A stretch of 64,000 nucleotides of DNA from an uncultured Actinomycetes bacterium (GCA_963704725.1 OY969934.1:96001-160000), one strand, 5' to 3'; positions 1 through 9,102 are shown, counted from the first letter of the stretch. Numbers and translations: made by a program. The notes: generated by a model from the letters alone, not told the origin.

Positions 1-354
1 GCGCTCGGCGCCCAGTGCGGCGGCGCCGGGAACATCGAGACGATCGCCCGGACCCTGCGCGACCTCGGCGCCGAGCCGTACGGGTCGAAGGTGTACGCGA
101 CGCCCGAGGAGACCTCGGCCCGGCTGGTCGCAGCGGGATTCACCGAGGTCGAGTGCTGGCTCCAGGCGGAGCCCACGCCGTTCGCGACGCGCGAGGACCT
201 CGAGACGTACCTGCGAACGATCATCCTGGGCGACCACGTCGAGGCGATGGCTCCGGACGACGCCCGCGCGTTCGCCCGCAGCGTGGCGGAGCGGATGCCG
301 GGGCTCGAGATCGACTACGTCCGGCTGAACATCCGGGCGCGTCGCCGCGGGTAG
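1..354 (+). CDS. Class I SAM-dependent methyltransferase (Tam-like), 5'-truncated by the window edge
   Basis: Frame is open from base 1 (ALGAQCGGAGNIE...) to TAG at 352-354; the QCGGxGN and C-terminal DYVRLNIRARR segments resemble trans-aconitate-methyltransferase-like proteins. Confidence 0.65.
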   Translation, partial: ALGAQCGGAGNIETIARTLRDLGAEPYGSKVYATPEETSARLVAAGFTEVECWLQAEPTPFATREDLETYLRTIILGDHVEAMAPDDARAFARSVAERMPGLEIDYVRLNIRARRRG

Positions 355-504
355 CCGCCCCCGCGGTCCCGTGGCACCGGGGACCTCCGACCCTTCCCGT
401 CGACGGTGGCGAGTGACTGGATGCGGCCGACGGCCGTCCCGCCGCGGGGAGGTGATGGGTCGGCCGGGGGCCGGTTGCGACGATCCTGGCACGGGAGGGC
501 AACC

Positions 505-864
505 ATGGACGTCGGGCTTCTGATCCGCTACGGCAAGATCGTGCCCGGCCGGGAGACCGAGGCGGTCGAGCTCTTCGCCGCCGGCGAGCGGTTCTTCAAG
601 GAGAAGCTCGCCGAGCGGGTGATCACCTACTTCGAGCCGTTCTTCCTGACGACGAGCGACCTCGAGGAGGACCTGGGCTTCCACATCATCAAGGGCCCGG
701 CCCCCGAGATCTTCAAGCTCATGGAGGACGAGGACTACCGGGCGCTCATGACCAAGATGACACTGGTCGTCGAGCACCCCCGTGCGGACATCCTCACCGT
801 GGGCGAGGCGATCTACGCACAGGTCGAGCGGTTCGCGAAGGTCCGCGTGGAGCTGGGGCTCTGA
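505..864 (+). CDS. Hypothetical protein (119 aa)
   Basis: GGAGGG RBS before ATG 505; normal globular composition and GC3-rich codons. Confidence 0.75.
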   Translation: MDVGLLIRYGKIVPGRETEAVELFAAGERFFKEKLAERVITYFEPFFLTTSDLEEDLGFHIIKGPAPEIFKLMEDEDYRALMTKMTLVVEHPRADILTVGEAIYAQVERFAKVRVELGL

Positions 865-891
865 GCGGAGGAACCGAGGGGGCAATCGAAT

Positions 892-926
892 GCGGCCGGG
901 GCGGACGCGGCGTCCGCCCCGGCCGC
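892..926. terminator. Perfect 16-bp hairpin between convergent genes; probable bidirectional terminator
   Basis: GCGGCCGGGGCGGACG-cgg-CGTCCGCCCCGGCCGC. Confidence 0.7.
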
Positions 927-935
927 CCCAACTGC

Positions 936-1502
936 TCAGATGAAGAGCTGGATCGCGCTCTCCTTCATCTCGAGCAGCGCGGTGGCGGCCCCGATGGGCT
1001 CCTCGAGCCCCTCGATGAGGTCGTCCTTCCCGATCCCCATCAGGTCCATCGTCATCTGGCACGGGATGAGGCGGACGCCCATGTCCATGGCCATCTCGAG
1101 GAGCTCGGTGGGGTGCGGCGTCTTGTAGTTCTCGGCCACCTTGCCGAGCATCCACGGCCCCATCCCGGCGAACTGGTACCGCGAGAGCTTGGCCTTGGCG
1201 GTCGAGCCCGGGTTCATCACGCCGAGCGCCTTCGTCATCCAGTCCTTGCCGGTCTTGCGTCGCCGGTCGGGTCGCACGAGCGGGAACAGGCCCCAGAACG
1301 TGAAGAACACGCCGACCTCCATGCCGGAGGCGGCGGCCGTGGTCGACAGGATGAGCGTCGGCCAGATGCGGTCGAGGTGCCCGTCCCACGCGACGATCGT
1401 GATCTTGTTCTTCTTGTTGATGCCGTCGCGCTCGGTGACCGCGCGGTCGATCAGCTCGCGAAGCGCGGTCTCGTCCACGGCGGCAGGCGTCTCATCGCCC
1501 AT
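936..1502 (-). CDS. DsrE/DsrF/DrsH-like (DsrE2-type) sulfur-relay protein
   Basis: Motifs VFFTFWGL and LIPCQMTMDLMGI; directly downstream of tusA. Confidence 0.85.
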   Translation of the reverse strand: MGDETPAAVDETALRELIDRAVTERDGINKKNKITIVAWDGHLDRIWPTLILSTTAAASGMEVGVFFTFWGLFPLVRPDRRRKTGKDWMTKALGVMNPGSTAKAKLSRYQFAGMGPWMLGKVAENYKTPHPTELLEMAMDMGVRLIPCQMTMDLMGIGKDDLIEGLEEPIGAATALLEMKESAIQLFI

Positions 1503-1505
1503 CGC

Positions 1506-1736
1506 TCAGGCCTTCCGGATCACGTACCGGAAGACGCCGGCATCCTCGCTCGCCTCGACGAGCTCGTTGCCCGAGAGCGTCGCCCAGCTCGGCACGTCGG
1601 ATCTCGAGCCGGGATCGGTCGCCAGCAGCTCGAGCAGGTCGCCGGACCGGGCCTCCTTGAGCGAGCGGTGCAGCGTGACGAGAGGCCCCGGGCAGGATTG
1701 ACCGCGGGCGTCGACGGTGGTGGAGATGACGTTCAT
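1506..1736 (-). CDS. tusA: TusA/SirA-family sulfur carrier
   Basis: 76 aa; DARGQSCPGP (CPxP) and ATDPGS motifs; GAGGAGG RBS. Confidence 0.9.
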   Translation of the reverse strand: MNVISTTVDARGQSCPGPLVTLHRSLKEARSGDLLELLATDPGSRSDVPSWATLSGNELVEASEDAGVFRYVIRKA

Positions 1737-1794
1737 GGGCGGGAGACCTCCTCGGGATCCGGTCGGGTGGGGGACGGTGCCGGTGGGGCGCGGC

Positions 1795-1881
1795 CTAGCG
1801 GCCGGCGCTCGGCACCCCGGGACAGCAGCACCGGTCGGGGATCATGGCCCCCACGAGCCCGCGGCAGCGTGTCCGGATCAT
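1795..1881 (-). CDS. Putative Cys-rich leader peptide MIRTRCRGLVGAMIPDRCCCPGVPSAGR
   Basis: Translated by hand (below the ORF-track cutoff); TGC-TGC-TGT run; lies between a TAGGAT -10 (1894-1899, minus) and tusA. Confidence 0.55.
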   Translation of the reverse strand: MIRTRCRGLVGAMIPDRCCCPGVPSAGR

Positions 1882-1895
1882 TTGCAACTGCAAAT
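1880..1895. promoter_or_regulatory. AT-rich 7-2-7 palindrome abutting the -10 of the tusA-dsrE transcript; candidate operator
   Basis: ATTTGCA-ac-TGCAAAT in a very GC-rich background. Confidence 0.5.
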
Positions 1896-2028
1896 CCTAC
1901 CGGGGATGTGCGGTTCGCGGCAAGACAGGCAGCCGAGGCGTGGACCGCGACCGGAGCCACGAACGACCGTGCGTGGAACTCGCCCCTCTAACGGGACCGC
2001 GGGCCTGCGGGCCGGTATCGTGTCGGCG

Positions 2029-3261
2029 ATGCGTTGGACCCGGCGCCTCCTCGTGACCGCGGCGGTCCTGGCCGTCGCGTCGGTGGGCCTGGCGCTGCCG
2101 GCCGCGGCCGCCTCCTGCACGTTCACGGCGCCGACCGTCACGATCGAGGTGGCGCAGGGCGAGACCGCCACGATCGCCCGCACGGGTGAGGTCATCACCC
2201 TGAACGGCACGCCGTGTGAGGCGGCGACGGTCACGACCGCGGACAGCATCGTGGTCAACGCGACGGGCGCCCCCACGGAGATCGCGATCGACGAGTCCGG
2301 CGGGCGCTTCGAGCCCGGCCTTACCCCCGAGCCGGACGGCTCGGAGATCGAGTTCACGCTCAATCTCGGGACGGCGACACCGGTGCTCCGCATCGTCGGC
2401 GGCGCGGACGCCGATTCGATCGTGGTCGGCGCCGACGGGATCAACCTCAATGCGGGCGAGACGACGGGCGACGTCGACGTGATGGTTCCCGCCGGTGGGC
2501 CCGTGATCACCGTCTTGGGCGGGGCCGGCGACGACCGGCTCTCCGTCGCGGGCGGCGCGGGAACGGGCGAGCCCAGCCCCGGGGCGACCCTGCAGGGCGA
2601 GGACGGCGCGGACCTCCTGCAGGCCGGCACCGGAGGGAGCGCGTTCGACGGTGGGGCCGGCACGGACACGATCGACTACGCGATCCTGAGCGGCGTCACG
2701 GTGGACCTGGCCGCGGGAACCGCGGGGGCCACCGGCACCGACACGGTCACCGCCGTCGAGAACGTGACCGGATCGCCGGGCAACGACACGATCACCGGCG
2801 ACGATCAGGCCAACGTGCTTGCCGGCGGGGACGGGAACGACACGATCGACGGCGGCGGAGAAGCCGACACCCTGCTCGGCGGGGAGGGGATGGACACGGC
2901 CTCGTTCGCCTCGTCCCGCGCGAGCGTCACGGTCGACCTCAAGGCGGGCACGGCCGAGGGAGACGGCGCCGACACGCTCGACGGGTTCGAGAACGTCGTG
3001 GGGAGCCGCAAGGGCGACGAGATCCGCGGCAACGGCGCCTCGAACTTCCTCGACGGCGTCAACGGGCCCGACGTGCTCAGCGGCGGCAACGGCGTCGACC
3101 AGCTGGCCGGCGGCAACGGGAACGACCGGCTGTTCGGCGGCAAGGGCAACGACACCCTCAAGGGCGAGGACGGCAAGGACCAGCTCGACGGCGGGGAGGG
3201 GAACGACCGCTGCAAGGGGGGCAACGACCCCGACGCGTTCGTCCGCTGCGAGCATCTCTAG
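2029..3261 (+). CDS. Secreted calcium-binding protein with RTX/hemolysin-type repeats
   Basis: Signal peptide MRWTRRLLVTAAVLAVASVGLALPAAA; many GGxGxDxL nonapeptide repeats; TATCGT 7 nt before ATG. Confidence 0.85.
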   Translation: MRWTRRLLVTAAVLAVASVGLALPAAAASCTFTAPTVTIEVAQGETATIARTGEVITLNGTPCEAATVTTADSIVVNATGAPTEIAIDESGGRFEPGLTPEPDGSEIEFTLNLGTATPVLRIVGGADADSIVVGADGINLNAGETTGDVDVMVPAGGPVITVLGGAGDDRLSVAGGAGTGEPSPGATLQGEDGADLLQAGTGGSAFDGGAGTDTIDYAILSGVTVDLAAGTAGATGTDTVTAVENVTGSPGNDTITGDDQANVLAGGDGNDTIDGGGEADTLLGGEGMDTASFASSRASVTVDLKAGTAEGDGADTLDGFENVVGSRKGDEIRGNGASNFLDGVNGPDVLSGGNGVDQLAGGNGNDRLFGGKGNDTLKGEDGKDQLDGGEGNDRCKGGNDPDAFVRCEHL

Positions 3262-3267
3262 GGCCGT

Positions 3268-3729
3268 TCACACGAGCCGCCGCCGGTCCGGCGGCCAGTA
3301 CACCAGCCGAACGCTCCCCTTCACGCCCGCCCGGCGCACGGGTCCGAACGCGCGGCTGTCGGTCGAGCCGTCGGCGGCATCGCCCTCCACCCAGAGCTCA
3401 TCGCCCCCCAGGACGCGGCCGTCCGGCGCGCGGTCGCCGGGGACGGCGATCACGCGTTTCACCATCTCGAAACCCGGGCGCGCCGGATGCTCCACCACCA
3501 CCACGCCGCCCCTGCGGATGCGCCCGGGCACCACCGCCAGGGCCCACTCGCCCGGCTCGAGGGCGGGACGCATCGACGAACCGACGATCTCGACCCGGAA
3601 GGGATTCCAGCGCAAGTACGTCCAGCCCGCCCCGGCAACGACCACGGCGGCCAGGAACGCCTTCCGCCAAGCTCGGGGGCGGTGGTAGGTTCGATCGAGA
3701 GGCCGTCCGTCCGAAAGGGGAAGGTTCAT
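3268..3729 (-). CDS. sodX: Nickel-SOD maturation protease (S26 family); start uncertain (ATG 3729 or GTG 3645)
   Basis: GSSMRPAL, MVKRV and VEGD...STDSRAFGPV motifs; divergent from sodN. Confidence 0.8.
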   Translation of the reverse strand: MNLPLSDGRPLDRTYHRPRAWRKAFLAAVVVAGAGWTYLRWNPFRVEIVGSSMRPALEPGEWALAVVPGRIRRGGVVVVEHPARPGFEMVKRVIAVPGDRAPDGRVLGGDELWVEGDAADGSTDSRAFGPVRRAGVKGSVRLVYWPPDRRRLV

Positions 3730-4144
3730 GCTCAAAGCTTTGCTCAGGCCCCGCCGTCTCGTCCACGCCCACTGCGACCTGCCGTGCGGCGTCTACGACC
3801 CCGCGCAGGCGCGGATCGAGGCGGAATCGGTGAAGGCGATCCAGACCCGCTACCAGGACGCGGAGAAGATGAAGTCGGCCGGCGAGACCGCCGACGACTA
3901 CCGGGCGCGGTGCCTCGGCATCAAGGAGGAGCGGGCCGACCTCGTGAAGCACCACCTGTGGGTGCTGTGGACCGACTACTTCAAGCCGGAGCACGCCGAG
4001 AAGTACCCACAGCTTCACGAGCTGTTCTGGAAGGCGACGAAGGAGGCCGGGCTCGCCAAGAAGTCCCAAGATCCCGAGCAGGGCCAGAAGCTCCTGGACG
4101 CGATCGACGAGCTCGGCAAGATCTTCTGGGAGACCAAGGCGTAG
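3728..4144 (+). CDS. sodN: Nickel superoxide dismutase
   Basis: 14-aa propeptide followed by the Ni-hook HCDLPCGVYDP; LWTDYFK motif. Confidence 0.97.
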   Translation: MLKALLRPRRLVHAHCDLPCGVYDPAQARIEAESVKAIQTRYQDAEKMKSAGETADDYRARCLGIKEERADLVKHHLWVLWTDYFKPEHAEKYPQLHELFWKATKEAGLAKKSQDPEQGQKLLDAIDELGKIFWETKA

Positions 4145-4164
4145 CCGAACCACGCGAGCACTGC

Positions 4165-4192
4165 GAGGGCGGGGCCGGGCGGCTCCGCCCTC
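4165..4192 (+). terminator. Hairpin after sodN
   Basis: 12-bp stem GAGGGCGGGGCC/GGCTCCGCCCTC with one G-U pair. Confidence 0.55.
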
Positions 4193-4240
4193 TCGCGTCC
4201 GGAGCGGATCGGCGTCGAGGCCGCTGCTAGGCTCGCCCGC

Positions 4241-5218
4241 GTGAAGGACATCGGCCTCGTCGGCGTGCCGTTCAGCGGGAAGTCGACGCTGTTCACGGCG
4301 TTGACGCGATCGGGCTCGCACGGCGGCCAGGCCAACCACGCGCTCGTGCCGGTGCCGGATCCCCGCGTCGAGGTGCTCACGGAGATGGAACGTTCCCGCA
4401 AGACGGTGCACGCGCAGGTGGGGTTCGTGGACGTCCCGGGGGGGATCGCGTCGGCCCAGGGCGTCGCCAAGCTCCGCGAGACCGATGCGCTCGCCCTCGT
4501 CGTCCGGTGCTTCGGTCCCGACGCCCGCCCGGCGGCGGAGCTCGAGGGCATCCGCGCCGACCTCCTCCTCTCGGACCAGGCGGTGATCGAACCGGCCCTG
4601 GCGAAGGCGCGCAAGCGCGCCCGCGGCGGGTCGACCTCGGAGATCGAGGCCCTGGCGCGGGCCAACGACGCCCTCGCGGCCGAGACCCCGCTCCGCGTGG
4701 CCGGCCTGTCGGACGAGGACCGGCGCGAGCTGAAGCCGATCGCGCCGCTGACCCTCAAGCCCGAGGTCGTCGTGGCCAACCTCGAGGAGGGGACGGAGAT
4801 CCCCGCCGACCTACCCCCGGGCGCGGCGGGCGTCTACGCGTCGATCGAGGCCGAGACCGCCGAGATGGACCCCGACGAGGCCCGGGCCCTCCTCGACGAG
4901 TTCGGCGTGCACGAGCCCGGGCTCGAGCGGGTGATCCGGGCGTGCTACGGCGCCCTCGACCTGATCACCTTCCTCACGACGGGCGAGGACGAGACGAGGG
5001 CGTGGGAGGTCCGCCGCGGCGCGAAGGCGCCGGAGGCGGCCGGGGTCATCCACACGGACCTCGAGCGCGGCTTCATCCGCGCCGAGGTCATCGCGTACGA
5101 CGAGCTCGTCGCCGCCGGCTCGATGGAGCAGGCCAAGGCGAAGGGCCAGGTCCGCGTCGAGGGCAAGGACTACGAGGTCCGCGAGGGCGACATCCTCCAC
5201 GTCCGCTTCGCCGTCTGA
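4241..5218 (+). CDS. ychF: YchF/Obg-like ATPase (shortened and divergent)
   Basis: GVPFSGKST P-loop, VPVPDPR, C-terminal TGS-like AAGVIHTDLERGFIRAEV...EGKDYEVREGDI. Confidence 0.85.
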   Translation: MKDIGLVGVPFSGKSTLFTALTRSGSHGGQANHALVPVPDPRVEVLTEMERSRKTVHAQVGFVDVPGGIASAQGVAKLRETDALALVVRCFGPDARPAAELEGIRADLLLSDQAVIEPALAKARKRARGGSTSEIEALARANDALAAETPLRVAGLSDEDRRELKPIAPLTLKPEVVVANLEEGTEIPADLPPGAAGVYASIEAETAEMDPDEARALLDEFGVHEPGLERVIRACYGALDLITFLTTGEDETRAWEVRRGAKAPEAAGVIHTDLERGFIRAEVIAYDELVAAGSMEQAKAKGQVRVEGKDYEVREGDILHVRFAV

Positions 5219-5284
5219 GGGTCCCATCCCCAGGTTCTCCCTCGCTTTGGTCAGAGAAACCTTGCTATCGTGCTCTGCATCCAT

Positions 5285-5674
5285 ATGGACGAGACCTATC
5301 GCATCGGCGAGGCCGCGGGGCTTCTCGGCGTGCGCGTCGAGACCCTCCGGCGCTGGGAACGCGACGGCCGGCTCGCCACGACGCGGACCGCGGGAGGGCA
5401 ACGGCTGATCCCCGCCGCCGAGGTCGCGCGCCTGCTCGCGGGGCGACGGGAGCGCCCCCGCGTGACCGCGGCGAGCGCCCGGAACCGGTTCCCCGGCGTG
5501 GTGACCGAGATCAAGCGGGACAAGCTGGCGGCGACGGTCGAGATCCTGGCCGGACCACACCGCATCCTCGCCTTCGTCACACGCGAGGCCGTCGACGAGA
5601 TGGGCCTGAAGTCGGGCATGCACGCCGTCGCCACGGTGAAGGCGACGAACGTCATGGTCGAGGTCGACGAGTGA
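5285..5674 (+). CDS. MerR-like HTH + TOBE molybdate-responsive regulator
   Basis: IGEAAGLLGVRVETLRRW HTH; SARN...VKATNVMV TOBE domain; heads the modABC operon. Confidence 0.85.
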   Translation: MDETYRIGEAAGLLGVRVETLRRWERDGRLATTRTAGGQRLIPAAEVARLLAGRRERPRVTAASARNRFPGVVTEIKRDKLAATVEILAGPHRILAFVTREAVDEMGLKSGMHAVATVKATNVMVEVDE

Positions 5675-6435
5675 GACGGGTTGGGCTCGTCGCCGCCGCG
5701 ATACTCCTCCTGCCGGCGTGCGGGACCTCCTCCGGCGCCACGGGGACGCGCGAGCTCACGGTCTCGGCCGCCGCTTCGCTCACCGACGCGTTCACCGACA
5801 TCGGATCGGCCTTCGAGGACGCCACCCCAGGGGTGACGGTCGCCCTCAACTTCGGGGCCTCGGACCAGCTCACGAGCCAGATCGAGGAGGGCGCCCCGGT
5901 CGACGTGTTCGCGTCCGCCAGCCCGGCCTGGATGGACGCCGTCGCGGACGACGGTCCCGGCGTGACCGGCCGGGCCGACTTCGCCCGGAACCGGCTGGCG
6001 ATCATCGTGCCGACGGAGAACCCGGCGGGGATCCGGGGGCTCGACGACCTGACATCGGAAGGCGTGCAGCTGGTCCTCGCGGCCGAAGGGGTCCCTGCCG
6101 GCGACTACGCTCGCCAGATCCTCGACGACGCCGGGATCGCCGACGCGGCGCTCGCAAACGTCGTCTCGAACGAGCCGGACGTTCGGGCCGTCATCGCCAA
6201 GCTGCTCTCCGGCGACGCCGACGTGGGCATGGGGTACGTCACCGACGTCACCCCCGACCTGTCCGACCGGCTCACCCTCATCTCGATCCCCGACGACGTG
6301 AACGTGACCGCGACCTATCCGATCGCGGTCGTGTCCGGCTCCCAGGAGGCTCGCCTCGCGCAGCGTTTCGTCGACTTCGTCCTCGGCGACGGGCAACGAA
6401 CCCTCGAGCGCTACGGGTTCCTCCCCGCCCCGTAG
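5671..6435 (+). CDS. modA: Molybdate ABC transporter substrate-binding lipoprotein
   Basis: GTGA overlap with the regulator; lipobox LLLPAC; AAASL, FGAS, GAPVDVFASA, VPAGDYA, YVTD motifs. Confidence 0.92.
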   Translation: MRRVGLVAAAILLLPACGTSSGATGTRELTVSAAASLTDAFTDIGSAFEDATPGVTVALNFGASDQLTSQIEEGAPVDVFASASPAWMDAVADDGPGVTGRADFARNRLAIIVPTENPAGIRGLDDLTSEGVQLVLAAEGVPAGDYARQILDDAGIADAALANVVSNEPDVRAVIAKLLSGDADVGMGYVTDVTPDLSDRLTLISIPDDVNVTATYPIAVVSGSQEARLAQRFVDFVLGDGQRTLERYGFLPAP

Positions 6436-6460
6436 GGGCCGAACGCCGGTCCCCTTCGCC

Positions 6461-7207
6461 GTGCTCGCGGCGCTCGGCGTCGCGCTCGTCGGCCTGCCCG
6501 TGGCCGGCCTGCTGATCCGCACCCCGTGGTCGCGGATCGGCGAGATCCTGGCGGGCGAGACCGCCCTGGACGCCCTGCGCCTGTCGCTCTTCGTGGCGAC
6601 GGCGGCCGGCGCCGTCTCGTTCGTCATGGGCTTCCCTCTGGCCTGGGCGCTGGCGCGGGGGTCGTTTCGGGGGAAGACCCTCGTGCGCGCGCTCGTCGTG
6701 CTCCCGCTGGTGATGCCGCCGGTCGTGGCCGGCGTCGGACTCCTCGCGGCGTTCGGGCGCCGGGGCATCGTCGGGTCGTGGTTGTTCGACTGGTTCGGGA
6801 TCCAGATCACGTTCACGACGGCCGCCGCCGTGCTGGCCGCGGCGTTCGTCTCGTTCCCGCTGGCGGTCCTCGCGATCGAGGCGGGGCTTCGCGGGCTCGA
6901 CGAACGCCTCGAGGACGCGGCCGCCACCCTCGGCGCCTCGCGCTGGTACGTCCTGCGCCGGGTCACGGTCCCCCTCCTCGGGCCGCAGCTCGCCGCGGCG
7001 TTCGTGCTGTCCTGGGCCCGGGCGCTCGGGGAGTTCGGTGCCACGATCACGTTCGCCGGCAACCTCCGCGGCCGGACGCAGACGCTCCCGCTCGCCGTCT
7101 TCGAGCGCCTGCAGACCGATCAGGATGCGGCGTTCGCGCTGTCCGTCCTGCTCATCGCCGTGGCGTTCACCGTCATCGTGGCGCTCCGCGGCCGGTTCCT
7201 GCGATGA
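6461..7207 (+). CDS. modB: Molybdate ABC transporter permease
   Basis: LPLVMPPVVAG, EAA-like loop, WARALGEFGAT motifs. Confidence 0.92.
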   Translation: MLAALGVALVGLPVAGLLIRTPWSRIGEILAGETALDALRLSLFVATAAGAVSFVMGFPLAWALARGSFRGKTLVRALVVLPLVMPPVVAGVGLLAAFGRRGIVGSWLFDWFGIQITFTTAAAVLAAAFVSFPLAVLAIEAGLRGLDERLEDAAATLGASRWYVLRRVTVPLLGPQLAAAFVLSWARALGEFGATITFAGNLRGRTQTLPLAVFERLQTDQDAAFALSVLLIAVAFTVIVALRGRFLR

Positions 7208-8358
7208 GCCCGGCGCCGTTGTCGCTCGACGTCGCGGTCCGTGCAGGGGCGTTCGAGGTCCGGGCGACGTTCGAGGCCGAGGCGGGCTCCACCGTCGGGC
7301 TGCTCGGGCCGAACGGCTCCGGCAAGTCGACGCTCGTGGCGGCGATCGCGGGTCTGCGGCCGCCGGTCTCCGGCCGGATCGCGCTCGGAGCGAACGTGCT
7401 CGACGACGCCGTCGCGAACGTCCACGTCCCGCCGGAGCGGCGACCGGTGGGCGTCGTGTTCCAGGACCTGCTGCTGTTCCCGCATCTGTCGGCGCTCGAG
7501 AACGTGGCTTTCCCCCTGCGGGCGACGGGGACGCCGAGGGCCTCGGCGCGCGACCGGGCGGGGGGGTTGCTCGAGCGCCTGGGGATGGCGGGGCGCGCGA
7601 ACGCCCGGCCTCGCGACCTCTCCGGGGGCGAGGCCCAGCGCGTGGCGCTCGCCCGTGCGCTGGTCGCCGAACCGGCGCTGCTACTGCTCGACGAGCCCCT
7701 ATCGGCGCTCGACGTCGGGGCGCGCGCCCGCGTCCGTGAGCTGGTCCGAGACGTGCTGGCCGGCTTCGACGGCGTGCGGATCCTCGTCACCCACGACCCC
7801 GTCGAGGCCTCGACGCTGGCGGATCGGCTCGTGCTCCTCGAGGAGGGCCACATCACGCAGATCGGGACGCCCGAGGAGATCCGATCCGCGCCCCGCTCCC
7901 GCTACGCGGCCGACCTCGTCGGCGTGAACGCCTTCCATGGGCGCCTCGAGCCCCTCGGCGAGGGGCTGGGGCGGATCGAGACCGGCGACGGCGAGGTCCT
8001 GGTCCCCTGGCCCACCGGCAGCCCGGGCCGGCAGGTCGTCGCGCTCCTGCGGCCCGCCGACGTGACCCTCTCGCCACGGCCGCCGGGCGGCTCCGCCCGC
8101 AACGTGTTCGAGGGGCGCATCGGCTCGGTGGCCGTGGAGGGCGAACGGGCCCGCGTCCGGATCGCGTCGTCACCCCCGCTCGTGGCCGATGTGACCCTTG
8201 GTTCGCTCGAGCGGCTCGAGCTCCGGGAGGGGATCCCGGTCTGGGCGTCGTTCAAGGCGGTCGAGGTGCAGGTCCTCGGCGATCCCGAGCCCGGCGGGCC
8301 CGGCGAGGCCCCCGGACCCCAGAGCGCGTTCGCCTCGCATCCGGAGGCCAGGCCGTAA
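7204..8358 (+). CDS. modC: Molybdate ABC transporter ATPase with TOBE domain
   Basis: GPNGSGKST, LSGGEAQR, LLLLDEP; C-terminal SARN TOBE domain. Confidence 0.9.
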   Translation: MSPAPLSLDVAVRAGAFEVRATFEAEAGSTVGLLGPNGSGKSTLVAAIAGLRPPVSGRIALGANVLDDAVANVHVPPERRPVGVVFQDLLLFPHLSALENVAFPLRATGTPRASARDRAGGLLERLGMAGRANARPRDLSGGEAQRVALARALVAEPALLLLDEPLSALDVGARARVRELVRDVLAGFDGVRILVTHDPVEASTLADRLVLLEEGHITQIGTPEEIRSAPRSRYAADLVGVNAFHGRLEPLGEGLGRIETGDGEVLVPWPTGSPGRQVVALLRPADVTLSPRPPGGSARNVFEGRIGSVAVEGERARVRIASSPPLVADVTLGSLERLELREGIPVWASFKAVEVQVLGDPEPGGPGEAPGPQSAFASHPEARP

Positions 8359-8370
8359 GCTGAGGGACCT

Positions 8371-9096
8371 ATGGCCGACACCGAGGCGCGCGGCCTCAGC
8401 ACGCCCGAAGACGCGGACGTCTCGGACCTTCCCCCGGCCGAGGCGTCGCCGGCGCCGGAGGGAGGGCCCCCGCAGGGCAAGACCGCCGGCACGCCGAGCC
8501 GCTCGAGCCGGTTCGTCGGGTCCACGCCGTTCCTGATCCTCGTGGCGATCGTGGTCGCGATCGTCGTGAAGACGTTCCTGGTCCAGGCGTTCTACATCCC
8601 CTCGGCCTCGATGGAGCCGACGCTCGACATCGGGGACCGGGTCTTCGTGAACAAGGTCGCCTACCACCTCGGCGACGTCGAGCGGGGCGACGTCATCGTC
8701 TTCTCCAACCCCAACCCGGCGGCGGCACCCGACCGGGGCGTCGTCGGCGGGTTCCTCCACTGGCTCGGCGAGGGGATCGGGTTCGCCCAGCCCGAGGACG
8801 AGGACTTCATCAAGCGCGTCGTGGGCCTGCCCGGCGAGACGATCGACATCCGGAACAACGTCGTGCTCGTGGACGGGCAGCCGATCGACGAGTCCTACCT
8901 TCCCGCCGGCGCGGCTCAGTTCAACGGCACGGGGATGCACTTCGAGGTGCCGCAGGACAGCTACTTCGTGATGGGCGACAACCGCGGCAACTCCGCCGAC
9001 AGCCGGTACGGGCTCGGGTTCGTGCCGCGAGACAAGGTCATCGGCAAGGCCTTCGTCGTGATCTGGCCGCCCTCGCACCTCGGCGGCCTCGGCTAG
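8371..9096 (+). CDS. lepB: Signal peptidase I
   Basis: IPSASMEPTL, FIKRVVGLPG, MGDNRGNSADSR. Confidence 0.93.
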   Translation: MADTEARGLSTPEDADVSDLPPAEASPAPEGGPPQGKTAGTPSRSSRFVGSTPFLILVAIVVAIVVKTFLVQAFYIPSASMEPTLDIGDRVFVNKVAYHLGDVERGDVIVFSNPNPAAAPDRGVVGGFLHWLGEGIGFAQPEDEDFIKRVVGLPGETIDIRNNVVLVDGQPIDESYLPAGAAQFNGTGMHFEVPQDSYFVMGDNRGNSADSRYGLGFVPRDKVIGKAFVVIWPPSHLGGLG

Positions 9097-9102
9097 CGGT
9101 CC

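Noticed and set aside
936-1736. TusA and DsrE families include known selenoproteins
   Set aside because: Both genes here use ordinary Cys codons with no in-frame TGA
2500-3240. Repetitive GGCGGC..AACGAC DNA
   Set aside because: RTX nonapeptide coding repeats; no spacers and no cas genes
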